Shown in pieces: positions 29,711 through 39,530 of a stretch of DNA of 64,000 nt; position 1 is the stretch's first letter, and each line of letters starts with the position of its first letter. This DNA is from an uncultured Gemmatimonadales bacterium. GTDB lineage: Bacteria; Gemmatimonadota; Gemmatimonadetes; Gemmatimonadales; GWC2-71-9. Both the position numbers and the translations under genes were made by a program. The stretch is from contig CAWCVB010000002.1 in the NCBI GenBank assembly GCA_963798915.1, positions 384,001 to 448,000 of the forward strand, given 5' to 3'. The notes below the pieces were generated by a model that worked only from the letters and a program-made list of their open reading frames with translations, was not told the origin of the DNA and ran no database searches.

Positions 29711-30351
29711 TGTCGCTGGCGGACATGCGTCGCGACTACATGGGCGAACCGCTCGAAGAAGCTGGCGCGCCGCCGGAGCCGATGGCGCTCTTCGACCGCT
29801 GGTTCACGGAAGCCGTGCAGGCGTCCGTGCGGGATGCCAATGCGATGACGCTGGCCACCGCTGATGCCAAGGGCGCGCCCAGTGCCCGCATCGTCCTGCT
29901 CAAGGGCGTGGAGGAGCGGGGCTTCGTTTTTTTCACCGACTACCGCAGCCGAAAGGCCGCGGAGCTCGAGGCGAATCCGCAGGCGGCGCTGGTGTTCTAC
30001 TGGCCCGAACTGGAACGGCAGGTGAGAGTCACGGGTCGCGCGTCACGGGTCTCGCGAGCCGAGACCGAGCAGTACTTCGCCACGCGCCCGCGCGGCAGCC
30101 AGGTCGGCGCCTGGGCCTCGACCCAGAGCAGCGTCATCCCCCAGCGCGCGACGCTCGACGATGCCGTCGCCAAGGTCACCAAGAAGTTCGATAACGCTGA
30201 CATCCCCGCGCCGCCGCACTGGGGTGGTTATCGTATCACGCCGGAATCAATCGAATTCTGGCAAGGCCGCCCGAGCCGCCTGCACGATCGGCTGCAGTAT
30301 GTGAAAGAAGGGGAGGCGAACGAGTGGCAGGTGAGGCGGCTCGCCCCTTGA
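29710..30351 (+). CDS. pdxH: Pyridoxamine 5'-phosphate oxidase
   Basis: PSARIVLLK, RPRGSQVGAWAS, EFWQGRPSRLHDR. Confidence 0.97.
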   Translation: MSLADMRRDYMGEPLEEAGAPPEPMALFDRWFTEAVQASVRDANAMTLATADAKGAPSARIVLLKGVEERGFVFFTDYRSRKAAELEANPQAALVFYWPELERQVRVTGRASRVSRAETEQYFATRPRGSQVGAWASTQSSVIPQRATLDDAVAKVTKKFDNADIPAPPHWGGYRITPESIEFWQGRPSRLHDRLQYVKEGEANEWQVRRLAP

Positions 30352-30530
30352 CGCGACGGCAGCTGTATTAGCGAGCTCTGCTAAAGGCTCGGGTCATCCT
30401 TCGGCCATGCCCAATTCAGGCCTTGCGCCTCGGGGGGAAAAATGCTACCTAGCATTGAAGCCGATCAATCCAACATCAATGATCCATGTGCTGCTGGCAA
30501 TGGCGGTCAGCATTTGCACGCTCGAACTCC

Positions 30531-31665
30531 ATGATGAGGTGCACTCATACTACAGTCAGTCTCGCGAGGGGGAGCTGTCGCGATAGCCGGCGTAATCTTG
30601 CTCTCGTCCGTGCGGCTTGAGGCTCAAACCGTTGTTCACCCGAGCAGACCGGTCTGCTCGAACTGCCGAATCACCGTCCATCGAATCGCTCGCTTAGGAA
30701 CTAAAGACGGCGACGGCGCATTTCCAAATTTCCCTACTTCAATCGCTCAGGATTCCAAGGGTGACTTCGTGGTGGCAATGCATCAGCCGCCTGGTGAAGC
30801 CTTATGGCTATTTGACCGAGCTGGACAATTTGTGCGGCGGATTGGAAGGTCCGGCTCGGGGCCTGGCGAATATCGCGGGGCGCGGGTGGTGGTTATCACC
30901 GGCGGAGACACCATTCATGTCTTCGACGGCATACTGGCTCGCCAGACAGTTCTCGGACCGGATCTTAGGGTACTCAGGACGACGACAATCCCCCGGCGAA
31001 CGGCTGCCGCAGTTGAACTGCGTGGGGGCAAGTTCATCCTGAACGCGAATGTCACGGACGCAGACCGAATTGGCCTCACCTATCATGAATTCCGCCATAA
31101 CGGCGATTTTGTCGGCTCGTTTGGGAAATCAGGCCAGCGCGTCTCGCCTTTTCAACCTGTGGCGACCATCCGATGGATGGCCTCTGCCTCGGATGGCGGC
31201 TTCTGGGCCGTGCCTTGGGCGTATCGATACTCCATCGAGCACTGGACCAAAGATGTTGAGCTTGATCGTGTTATCGAGCCCCGGTTTTCATGGTACGAGC
31301 CCTACGACAGTCTCCAAACTCCCACTCCTACGCGGCCTCCGCAGCCGACGCTCTTTGGTGTATGGGAGGATCCTTCAGAGCACCTACTCTGGGTGCTCGC
31401 CCAAGCTGCGGATCCACGTTGGAAGGATGCGCTTGGTGCCCCCCGCGTCTTGGAGGGCTCTCGAGTGTTTCCGATCGAAGATCGTCAGGGTGCCTATGAC
31501 AGCATTCTGAGCGTCTTCGACGGCCGTAGCGGTGCACTGCTTGCGAATACTCGCTTGCCATTGACACTCGAACTGGTTGTACGACCAGGCGTTGTTGCAG
31601 GAGTTCGTGAGGACGGGTCTGGGAGAATCTTCGCGGATGTTTGGGCTGTTGGTCTTCAACGCTAG
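30531..31665 (+). CDS. Exported 6-bladed beta-propeller protein (in-frame ORF from 30598; likely +1 indel in G run near 30570)
   Basis: FDRAGQFVRRIGRSGSGPGEY; removing one G restores a signal peptide from ATG 30531. Confidence 0.75.
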
Positions 31666-31674
31666 GAGGAAGCG

Positions 31675-32205
31675 ATGAAAAGAATCGTGAATGCCACGGC
31701 AATCCGGTTGCTGGGATTGATGACTGCTGTCGTCGCACTCGCCGCGTTTGTTCATCGGCCGAACGTCGCTGCACGGGATTACGTAAGAAGCATCCATGGC
31801 GCTAGCTTCATGGTGCCTTCGAGTTGTGTTACGTGCTCGACGTGTGGGTTGAGCACTATCAGGCACGTGGCTGATTACGATGTCGATGGAGCTAACAAGA
31901 ATGCACACTCTTGGTGCATGGATTTCCCTCCCTGCAGTGGACATCCACTTTGCGGCGCGGCGGAAGTAGCTACCGAGCGCGCCCTGAAGGATGTGCTTTC
32001 AAAGGCATTGCGCGGCGATTCAGTTGCCGTCAGGGAGTTATTCCAAGAATTTCCAGACCAAGTGCGATTTAATGCCCAGCGTATGGCGGTTCAGGTAGCC
32101 GGCTGTAAGTCCGATGTTATCATGGCTCATCTTCCGCTCAGTTCGGTTCAAGTCGCCGCAATTTCGGACCTTCCTCAGGTCAGACGGGAGCTTGCCCTCC
32201 GATAG
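31675..32205 (+). CDS. Exported cysteine/histidine-rich hypothetical protein
   Basis: GGAGG RBS; signal peptide; CVTCSTC, HSWC...CSGHPLC. Confidence 0.7.
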   Translation: MKRIVNATAIRLLGLMTAVVALAAFVHRPNVAARDYVRSIHGASFMVPSSCVTCSTCGLSTIRHVADYDVDGANKNAHSWCMDFPPCSGHPLCGAAEVATERALKDVLSKALRGDSVAVRELFQEFPDQVRFNAQRMAVQVAGCKSDVIMAHLPLSSVQVAAISDLPQVRRELALR

Positions 32206-32224
32206 CAGGTCTGCTGAAGTGATG

Positions 32225-32253
32225 GCTCGCCCTCTCAGCTTCTGAGGGCGGGC
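32225..32253. terminator. Hairpin between convergent genes
   Basis: GCTCGCCCTC ... GAGGGCGGGC. Confidence 0.5.
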
Positions 32254-32338
32254 AATCATACGGGAGTCTGGAGGATGCAAGAAGGGGGTGAGCGATCGCC
32301 AAGTGAAATGCCTTGCGTGGCCGCCCCCCCCCGTCCTC

Positions 32339-32890
32339 CTACCAGTTTATCTCATACCGACACACCCGTCCCCCTTTCGCCCGGCATTCCGTTTCCGTCA
32401 CGCGCGCGTTCTCCACGCCGCACATGGCCAGCGCCTTCTTGTACCAGCCGATCACCGTGAGGCAGTCGGGGGCGCTGAAGGTCTCGGCGTCATAGGTCGT
32501 GAGGCGGGCGGAGCGCTCGCCGGTTTTCTCATATTCTCGGCGGCCGGTCTCGTAGTACGCGTCGTAAATGCCCGGCGCCTTGGAGAGAAAGCCGTGCGGG
32601 TCGCCCGGGGTGAGGTAGCCCGAGTGCAAGGTGCCCAGATTCTTGACGGCGGACGCTTCGCCCAGCTTCTCGAAGAAGTCGGTGCGGCCCTTGCCGAGCA
32701 CCTGCACGATCGCATCGTCCAGCCGCTTGCCCAGGTCGAAGGGGTACCAGTTGGACGTGAAGACGATCCGGAGTGAGCGTTGATCGTCCGGCGGAAGGCT
32801 GGCAATCACCCGGTCGAGTCCTTCCTTGCCGCCATGCTCCTCGGCGAACGCCAGGCGGGACTTGAGGACGGCACCCTTGACCTGCTGCAC
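32339..32890 (-). CDS. DUF2378/TIGR02265-like protein with V4R-like end
   Basis: QVKGAVL, WYPFD, ETECRAKGGRVCRYEINW. Confidence 0.65.
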   Translation of the reverse strand: MQQVKGAVLKSRLAFAEEHGGKEGLDRVIASLPPDDQRSLRIVFTSNWYPFDLGKRLDDAIVQVLGKGRTDFFEKLGEASAVKNLGTLHSGYLTPGDPHGFLSKAPGIYDAYYETGRREYEKTGERSARLTTYDAETFSAPDCLTVIGWYKKALAMCGVENARVTETECRAKGGRVCRYEINW

Positions 32891-32908
32891 GGCGGCTCCA
32901 GGCGGGAG

Positions 32909-32943
32909 GTTGGACGTTGGACGCTGGAAGTCGGAAGTTGGAG
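32909..32943. repeat. Degenerate heptamer array GTTGGAC x5
   Basis: Read directly. Confidence 0.75.
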
Positions 32944-33003
32944 GCGATGCATGCACCACGCAAGCCGAGTCTCAAGCGTGCTTGTAATGACAGCGCGCGA
33001 GAG

Positions 33004-33067
33004 CGTCTAGCCGTCTAGCCGTCTAGCCGTCTAGCCATCTCGCCATCTCGCCGTCTCGCCGTCTCGC
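33004..33067. repeat. Octamer array (CGTCTAGC)x4 + (CRTCTCGC)x4
   Basis: Read directly; contains the stop of the minus-strand gene ending at 33031. Confidence 0.92.
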
Positions 33068-33453
33068 CGCCGAGCCGCCGAGTCGCCCAGTCGCCCAGCC
33101 GCATGCGCGGCAAATGTGACGGCGGCCAGGAGTTCGAGCGTGCGTCCGGAGGCGACCTGCCCCGACGCGGCCAGCACCACACCCAGATTCAGCGCCGCAT
33201 AGGCGATCGCGGGTGGAACAGGCGACCCGCGTGCAGGTGCGTGGGCGTGCCTTGGCAGGATCCAGTACGCCACGCCCAGTGTCAGGTTGCCGAACCAGCC
33301 CAGCGGCATCAGTTCCTGGTGCCAGGTCCGGATCCAGGCGGGCAGGTGTGCCGGGAAGCCCGTCTTGGCGCTGAGCAGCACGGCGCCACCGGCCGATCCG
33401 ATCACCAGCGCGAGCAGCGCGGTCCTCACGAAGAGGATCGTCAGCGCCGGCAC
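33031..33453 (-). CDS. Small membrane protein resembling part of heme-copper oxidase subunit I
   Basis: WHQELMPLGW..NLTLGVAYWILPR. Confidence 0.65.
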   Translation of the reverse strand: MPALTILFVRTALLALVIGSAGGAVLLSAKTGFPAHLPAWIRTWHQELMPLGWFGNLTLGVAYWILPRHAHAPARGSPVPPAIAYAALNLGVVLAASGQVASGRTLELLAAVTFAAHAAGRLGDSAARRRDGETARWRDG

Positions 33454-33845
33454 GTCAGCGGGCGCGCACGCGCGGCCAGAGCGACCATGCCATGATGGCC
33501 ATGGCGCAGGAACTGCATGAGCGCGGCCAGCGGCAGCCATGGTCCGGATATCAAGGTGGGCTCGGCAATGAGCCGGAGCAGCAATCCCGCATTGAGCAGG
33601 AAGAACACCGCCCAGCCGCGCCAGTCGGTGGGAGCCACGCCCCGCGCCACCCGCGGGAACATCCAGTAGGCGACGCCCGCCACCAGCTGTGAGAGCCACC
33701 CGAGCACGAGCAGGTGCAGATAGGTAGGCCACGCCCCCGCCACCCATGCGTTGTCGCGCCAGAGTGCGCGTACCACGCCCAGCAGCAGCGCGGCGACCAG
33801 GCAGGTGAGTGCGCCGCGTATCAGGTACCGGACCAGGCGGGGCAC
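33441..33845 (-). CDS. Paralogous small membrane protein, probable indel near 33505
   Basis: YLHLLVLGWLSQLVAGVAYWMFPR; alternative frame ends WPRVRAR*. Confidence 0.7.
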   Translation of the reverse strand: MPRLVRYLIRGALTCLVAALLLGVVRALWRDNAWVAGAWPTYLHLLVLGWLSQLVAGVAYWMFPRVARGVAPTDWRGWAVFFLLNAGLLLRLIAEPTLISGPWLPLAALMQFLRHGHHGMVALAARARPLTCRR

Positions 33846-33854
33846 CCTGCCTGG

Positions 33855-34353
33855 TCAGTCTGCGCCGGGTGGAACCTGTGATCGCGCCGGCATGGTATCG
33901 AGCGCCGCTGGCCGCACCTCGGGATGCCGAATGTATCCGCCCTGGAGGGCGGCGTTGCTCAAGACCAGTGAGCGCCACCACCATCGCCACCAGCGCCAGC
34001 CAGGTGAGCCAGCCGGGACCCGGTCGTCCGCCTCGACGCAGCACCAGGGCCAGCAGTGCCACCGCGCCGGCAGCCAAAGTCACGAAGAACGCGGTATCGG
34101 CGGCTTCCTCGTGCTCATGAATCAGGCGGCGGTTGGCCCAGGTAGCATCCTCGATCTGCTCCTCCGCTTCGTGGCCGGTCTGGCGCGCCGCGAATGCGCC
34201 GGCACCCGTCAGGATCGAGATGGCCAGGCCCACCGTCACGATGTCACGACGCTTCCAGATGAGTCCCCACGCGAGCAGCAACATCGAGAAGATGGCGCCG
34301 AAGATCGGCAGGTGATTGATCATCAGGTGCAGGTGGGCCATGCTCCAGTTCAT
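33855..34353 (-). CDS. DUF2231-like His-rich membrane protein, frameshift near 33960
   Basis: HLHLMINHLP, TGHEAEE, HEHEEAA; other frame GGYIRHPEVR. Confidence 0.7.
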
Positions 34354-34365
34354 TTCCGTCTCCCG

Positions 34366-34800
34366 TCAGGGCTTGGTGGTGGCCGCGCGGCCGGTGATCT
34401 CGCGAATGTGAATGCGGAACAGGACGTCCCGAAAAGGCGCCGGATCCTGGGGCGTGAGCACGTCGGGCGCTACCGCCCGGAGCGCCTCGAGCGTCTGCTC
34501 GCGGCCCGGCCCGGCTTGATCTTCTTCATACCAGCTGCCCTGCACCACTACACTGGTCCAGTCGAAGATGCCCTCAGTCTCGTCCACCTCGAAGGCCACG
34601 TACGGCGAATGGCGGAGCACCTCCACCTTGCTGCCTTCCTGCGTGCGGCAGGCCAGCCACGCACCATGGTACACGTAGCCCAGCGGCACGATGTTCACGA
34701 GCTCACGGATCTGGTATGCGATCCGGCCGACGTGATTGCGGGCCAGCACTTCCCGGCACTCGGCTTCGGTCAGCTCGCGGAAACGGGCTTGGGTGCTCAT
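34366..34800 (-). CDS. PNPOx-like flavin-binding protein (NimA-like)
   Basis: VGRIAY, VAFEVDE, WTSVVVQG, ITGR. Confidence 0.88.
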   Translation of the reverse strand: MSTQARFRELTEAECREVLARNHVGRIAYQIRELVNIVPLGYVYHGAWLACRTQEGSKVEVLRHSPYVAFEVDETEGIFDWTSVVVQGSWYEEDQAGPGREQTLEALRAVAPDVLTPQDPAPFRDVLFRIHIREITGRAATTKP

Positions 34801-36539
34801 GGTTTCTCCATGCTCGATCGGAGCGCATTCAGGATTACGGCCACATCGATGGCCTCCTGCAGGAGGGCGCCCACCGTGGGCGCGATGAACCCGGCGGCCG
34901 CAAAACCCATCGCGGCCATGCTCAGGCCCAGTCCCGCGCCGATGCTCTGCCGGGCGATGTGCATCGAGCGCCGGCCGATGGCCAGCGCCTGTCCTGCCAG
35001 GGCGATGTCGTCGTGGAGCAGCACCACGTCCGCCGCCTCCGCACTGATCCCGCCCCCATGGGCGGCGAGCGCCATGCCGACGGACGCCGCCGAGAGCGCC
35101 GGCGCGTCATTGGTGCCGTCACCGACCATGAGCACCCGGCGGCCGGCTGCAGCAAGTGCCTGCACGGCGCGGACCTTGTCCTCGGGCAGCAGGTCACCCC
35201 GCGCATCGGCGATCCCGACACTCGCGGCGACGGCGGTGGCATTGGCCTGAGCATCGCCCGACAGCAGAATCGTATCCCGGATGCCCGACGCACGCAGCCC
35301 CCGGATGGTGTCCTTGAGCTCGGGCCGCAGGTGGTCGGCATAGGAGACGATGCCGGCGCCCTGACCGTCGATCGCGACCCATGCCTGCAGCCCGCCATTG
35401 TGGCCCAATGCCGCCAGCGTGGAAGCGGCCGCCGGCTGCTCGGCGCGGATATATGAGGGCGCGCCCACCAGAACCGCGCGGCCTTCCGCCATCCCGGCGA
35501 CGCCGCGGCCTGCTGACTCGGTGACCGCGGAGACTGGCGGCAGCACCGCCACCTCACGGAGGGCGGCCTCCGTCAGGGTGCGGGCGAGCAGGTGGCCACT
35601 ATGGCTCTCGACCGCGCCAGCCAGCCGCAACAGTTCCATGCGGTCCACACCTGGCGCAACGGTGATGACGTCCACTTCGGGGCGGCCAATGGTGAGCGTA
35701 CCGGTCTTGTCGAACACCACTGTGTCAACCCGCGAGAGCGCCTCGAGGGCGCCGCCGTTCCGCATCACGATGCCCCGTCGTGCCGCCCGGTTGATGCCAC
35801 CAATGATGGCGACCGGCGTCGCCAGGATGAGCGGGCAGGGCGTGGCCACGACCAGGACGGCGAGAATGCGGGTGGAATCGTGTGATATGAACCACGCCCC
35901 GACGCACACTGCCAGCGTGAGCGGCGTGAACCAGACGGCTGCCCGGTCGGCGGTCCGCTGGATGGGCGCCTTGCTGGCCTGCGCCGTGCGCACCAGCTCG
36001 ACGATCCGTGCATACTGGCTCTCGGCGGCCGGGGCCGTCACGGTCATCGTGAGGGCACCTTCCTGGTTCACCATTCCGCTGCGAACCGTGGTTCCCTCCT
36101 CGGCGAGTACCGGGATCGCTTCGCCGGTGAGACTCGACGTATCGAGGTGCGAACGACCCTGGCGCACGACCCCGTCGCAGGGGATGACTTCGCCGGGCCG
36201 GACCAGCAGCACCTCCCCGCGCTCCACCGTGCCGACCGCAACATCCTCGACCGAGTCGCGGACCCGATGCGCCCACCGCGGCGCCGCCGCCTCGAGGTCC
36301 CGCACCGCACGGGACGCCCGGCCCTCGGCGTAGCGCTCGAGTGCCTGGCCACCGGTGAGCATGACGACCACAACCAGCCCCGGAATGGGTTGGCCCAGGA
36401 TGACGGCGGTAATGATGGCAAGTGTAGCGACAACGTCGGCGGCGAATCGTCCCTGCAGCATGCCGCGGAAGGTGCGCCAGGCGATTGGCGCCCCGAGGAG
36501 AAGCAGCGCCGCGGTGAGCAGGACCCGGGCGCTGGGCAC
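34797..36539 (-). CDS. Heavy-metal P1B ATPase (P1B-5 signature)
   Basis: LTGE, ATPCP, DKTGT, GDGTNDAP, QX4GX3SX3M, PX6QEX2DX5N. Confidence 0.93.
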   Translation of the reverse strand: MPSARVLLTAALLLLGAPIAWRTFRGMLQGRFAADVVATLAIITAVILGQPIPGLVVVVMLTGGQALERYAEGRASRAVRDLEAAAPRWAHRVRDSVEDVAVGTVERGEVLLVRPGEVIPCDGVVRQGRSHLDTSSLTGEAIPVLAEEGTTVRSGMVNQEGALTMTVTAPAAESQYARIVELVRTAQASKAPIQRTADRAAVWFTPLTLAVCVGAWFISHDSTRILAVLVVATPCPLILATPVAIIGGINRAARRGIVMRNGGALEALSRVDTVVFDKTGTLTIGRPEVDVITVAPGVDRMELLRLAGAVESHSGHLLARTLTEAALREVAVLPPVSAVTESAGRGVAGMAEGRAVLVGAPSYIRAEQPAAASTLAALGHNGGLQAWVAIDGQGAGIVSYADHLRPELKDTIRGLRASGIRDTILLSGDAQANATAVAASVGIADARGDLLPEDKVRAVQALAAAGRRVLMVGDGTNDAPALSAASVGMALAAHGGGISAEAADVVLLHDDIALAGQALAIGRRSMHIARQSIGAGLGLSMAAMGFAAAGFIAPTVGALLQEAIDVAVILNALRSSMEKP

Positions 36540-36541
36540 GG

Positions 36542-37231
36542 TCAGCCCGTAGAAGCTGGTTCAGGTCGGCGCAACATGAAGCCAACGCCGCGCACCGTCG
36601 AGATCAGCGACTTGCCGGCGGCGTCATGGAGTTTTCGCCTGAGGTTGCCGACGTGGACATCGACCACGTTGCTCTCCGGGTCGAAGTGCATGTCCCAGAC
36701 CTTTTCCAGCAATGTGGTCCGGCGCACGACCTCATCCGGGTGCAGCATGAAGTATTCAAGCAGCTGGAATTCCTTGGGCGTGAGCTGGAGCTTGCGCCCA
36801 TCCACGGCGGCCTCGTGCCGCAACCGGTCCACTTCGAGGGTACCGACCTTGAGGTTCTCCGCTCGCGCGGTGCCGCCGCGACGGTGGAGTGCACGGATCC
36901 GGGCCAGCAGCTCCTCGAAGTGGAACGGTTTGGCGAGGTAATCATCGGCTCCTGCATCGAGCCCGCGGACCACGTCCTCCGCTGCATCGCGGGAGGTCAG
37001 CATCAGGATCGGCGTGGTGCGCCCCTCGCGCCGGAGTTCAGTGGCAATCTGGAAACCGTTCTTCTTGGGCAGCACCACATCCAGCAGGATGACGTCGTAG
37101 TCGTAGACGTGGGCCAGCATGGTGGCCTCGTCACCGTCGGGCGCCACGTCCACAACGTGACCTTCCTCCTTGAGGCCCTGCTCGACAAACCCGGCAACTT
37201 TCCGGTCATCTTCGACTACGAGGATTTTCAT
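36542..37231 (-). CDS. OmpR/CusR-family response regulator
   Basis: LVVEDD, GADDYLAKPF, SNVVDVHV, TVRGVGF. Confidence 0.95.
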   Translation of the reverse strand: MKILVVEDDRKVAGFVEQGLKEEGHVVDVAPDGDEATMLAHVYDYDVILLDVVLPKKNGFQIATELRREGRTTPILMLTSRDAAEDVVRGLDAGADDYLAKPFHFEELLARIRALHRRGGTARAENLKVGTLEVDRLRHEAAVDGRKLQLTPKEFQLLEYFMLHPDEVVRRTTLLEKVWDMHFDPESNVVDVHVGNLRRKLHDAAGKSLISTVRGVGFMLRRPEPASTG

Positions 37232-37314
37232 CGTTCCGTTCTCCGGGGTGACTTCGTGGTGGGAATCTGGCGCCGGAGCGATGAACGGCGCCCAAACAGA
37301 TCATGAAGAAAGGC

Positions 37315-38550
37315 TCACGACTCTCCAACTGGCAGATCGAGGACGAACTTCCCCCCTTTTCCAGGCTGCGCCACGACCGTGAGGTCGCCGCCGAGCAGGC
37401 GCGCCAGCCGGCGCGAGAGGGGGAGACCGAGCCCCACGCCCTGGCTCTCCTCGCCTGGCCTGGTGACGTAGATATCGAAGATAGTGTCCACGTTTTCGGG
37501 CTGGACGCCGGGCCCGTTGTCTTCCACCAGGATAATGATCCGCTTGCCCGTGGTGTCGAGCGCACTCCGGATCGTTACATGCCCCTTCTCCGGGGCGTGG
37601 CCAATGGCGTTGCCGAGGAGGTTGACGAGGATCTGCTCCAGCCGGGACGCATCGGTGGCCGATGGGGGAAGCCCCGGCGTCAGCTCCATGTGCAGGCGCA
37701 CACCCTTCTGCCTGGCGGTCGGCGTCACCCGGCCCACGGCACCGCGAATGACCGGTGCAAGCTCCACGGTCCGGATGGTGACCCGAAGGCGGTCTTCGTC
37801 AAGGCGACTGAGGTCCAGCAAGTCATTTATGAGACTGACCGCCTGCCGGGCCGAATCGAGCACCTCGTAGGCGGCCGGTGGCACCGTGGCGGGATCCTTC
37901 TTGCGCACGAGCAGCTCCGACCAGCCGAAGACCGCGGCCAGGGCATTGCGCAGCTCATGATTGACCGTGGCGAAAAATCGCTCGCGGGCCCGCTGCAGCT
38001 GCTGCACTTCTTCCAGGAGACGGGCGCTTTCCTCGTGCAGTGACGCATTCTCGATGGCCGCAGCTGTCTGCGCCGCGAGCAGCTTGGCAATCCGCTCATC
38101 CATGTCGCTGAACTCGGCCGCGCCGATCTTCTCGGTCAGGTACAGGTCGCCCAGGGTGCCACGCCGACCCACGACGGGCACGCCCAGGAAGGAGTGCATC
38201 GGCGGGTGATTGGGCGGAAAGCCGGCAGACTCCGGGTGTTTCATGAGATCGGGCAGCCGGATGACGCGTCCTTCGCGGATCACCAGGCCGAGGATGCCGT
38301 GCCCTTTGGGCGGATTGCCCAGCCGGGCCCGCTCCTCGGTCGAGATGCCGTAGGTGGTGAAGCTCTCGAGCAGCCGGCCGTCCGGACCCAGCACGCCAAT
38401 GGCGGCGTAGCGCGCTCCGATGATGTTGGCCGCGATCTCTGCCACATGCTGCAAGACGCCCTCGAGGGAGAGCTCGGAGGTCAGCAGCGTGCCTGCCGTA
38501 ACCAGGCGCTCCAGGCGCTCCGCTGGCGGGGATGAGGCCGAGATATCCAT
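37315..38550 (-). CDS. GAF-HisKA-HATPase sensor kinase with DosS/DosT-like GAF
   Basis: HPESAGFPPNHPPMHSFLGVP; HELRNAL; NLLGNA, DNGPG, GLGL. Confidence 0.92.
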   Translation of the reverse strand: MDISASSPPAERLERLVTAGTLLTSELSLEGVLQHVAEIAANIIGARYAAIGVLGPDGRLLESFTTYGISTEERARLGNPPKGHGILGLVIREGRVIRLPDLMKHPESAGFPPNHPPMHSFLGVPVVGRRGTLGDLYLTEKIGAAEFSDMDERIAKLLAAQTAAAIENASLHEESARLLEEVQQLQRARERFFATVNHELRNALAAVFGWSELLVRKKDPATVPPAAYEVLDSARQAVSLINDLLDLSRLDEDRLRVTIRTVELAPVIRGAVGRVTPTARQKGVRLHMELTPGLPPSATDASRLEQILVNLLGNAIGHAPEKGHVTIRSALDTTGKRIIILVEDNGPGVQPENVDTIFDIYVTRPGEESQGVGLGLPLSRRLARLLGGDLTVVAQPGKGGKFVLDLPVGES

Positions 38551-38608
38551 GGGGTTCCTTGTGGCGTGCTTCATTAAAGCTTAATGCGTCCTGCCCTAAA
38601 GTCCGAGC

Positions 38609-39433
38609 ATGTCCTACCGGTTCATTATCGCTGCGGTCGATGAAAGCGCGACCGGACGCGAAGTCGCCGCGGCCGCATTGGGTCTGGCGAGTCGCAGCGG
38701 GGCGCGCCTCGGTCTGCTGACCAGCATTCCCTCCAGCGCCGCGCTCAGTCCTGCGCGCCTGGCCGCCGCAAGCACCGCGCTCGCCGAACTCCGTGACTCG
38801 CTCCCGGCGTCGCCGGGCGCGCAGCCCACCACCGTTTGCTGCGTCGTGCGTGGCCTGCCCGGAATCGAAGTGCCGCGCCACGCGGAGGAGCACGGCGCCG
38901 ACCTCATTGTCGTAGGGCACACGCCACGGACCCAGTCGGCCCGTCTCCTGGTGGGCGACACCGCCGATGCAGTCACCCGTCGAAGCCGAGTGCCCTGCCT
39001 GCTGGTGCCGCCGGGCCAGGACCTCTACGGGCCGGTCGTTGTTGCGGTTGATGGCAGCCGGCACTCGGCGGCGGTGCTGGAGGCGGGCTGCCAGTTTGCC
39101 GCGGCCATCGGGCAGCCGGTGCACGCGGTGACGGTGGAATCAGCCCGCTACGAGGAGCACTACGGCGGCGCCATTGCGGTACCACTCGCCCGAAGCGAGA
39201 TCCTCGAGAGTATCGTGGCAGCGGCAGCGTCCCGCTACCAGGTGGCGCTGGAACTCGAGGTGCGGCAGGGCCACCTGGCGGAAGAGATCCTGGCTGCCTG
39301 CACGGCGCACGACGGCCACGTGCTCGTCATTGGCTTCCATCGCGGTGGACCTGCGGGTGTGATGGAGGGGGCCAGCGTCGGTCGCCGACTGGTGCATGCC
39401 AGCGATTCTGCGGTCCTGACCGTTCCCATCTGA
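38609..39433 (+). CDS. Tandem universal stress protein
   Basis: Two USP domains: IIAAVD..ADLIVVG..GDTA; VVAVDGS..VLTVP. Confidence 0.9.
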   Translation: MSYRFIIAAVDESATGREVAAAALGLASRSGARLGLLTSIPSSAALSPARLAAASTALAELRDSLPASPGAQPTTVCCVVRGLPGIEVPRHAEEHGADLIVVGHTPRTQSARLLVGDTADAVTRRSRVPCLLVPPGQDLYGPVVVAVDGSRHSAAVLEAGCQFAAAIGQPVHAVTVESARYEEHYGGAIAVPLARSEILESIVAAAASRYQVALELEVRQGHLAEEILAACTAHDGHVLVIGFHRGGPAGVMEGASVGRRLVHASDSAVLTVPI

Positions 39434-39530
39434 CCTGAAGAAGCGTTCATGAAGGTTTCAAGGCCGCCCCATGGGGCGGCGGCAATCTTGTGTTATCCAG
39501 GGAATTGACTCGAACAGTGAGGACGTACAC

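Noticed and set aside
33031..34353. 440-aa ORF as a real fusion protein
   Set aside because: A frameshift links the DUF2231-like gene through an off-frame stretch to a separate downstream gene
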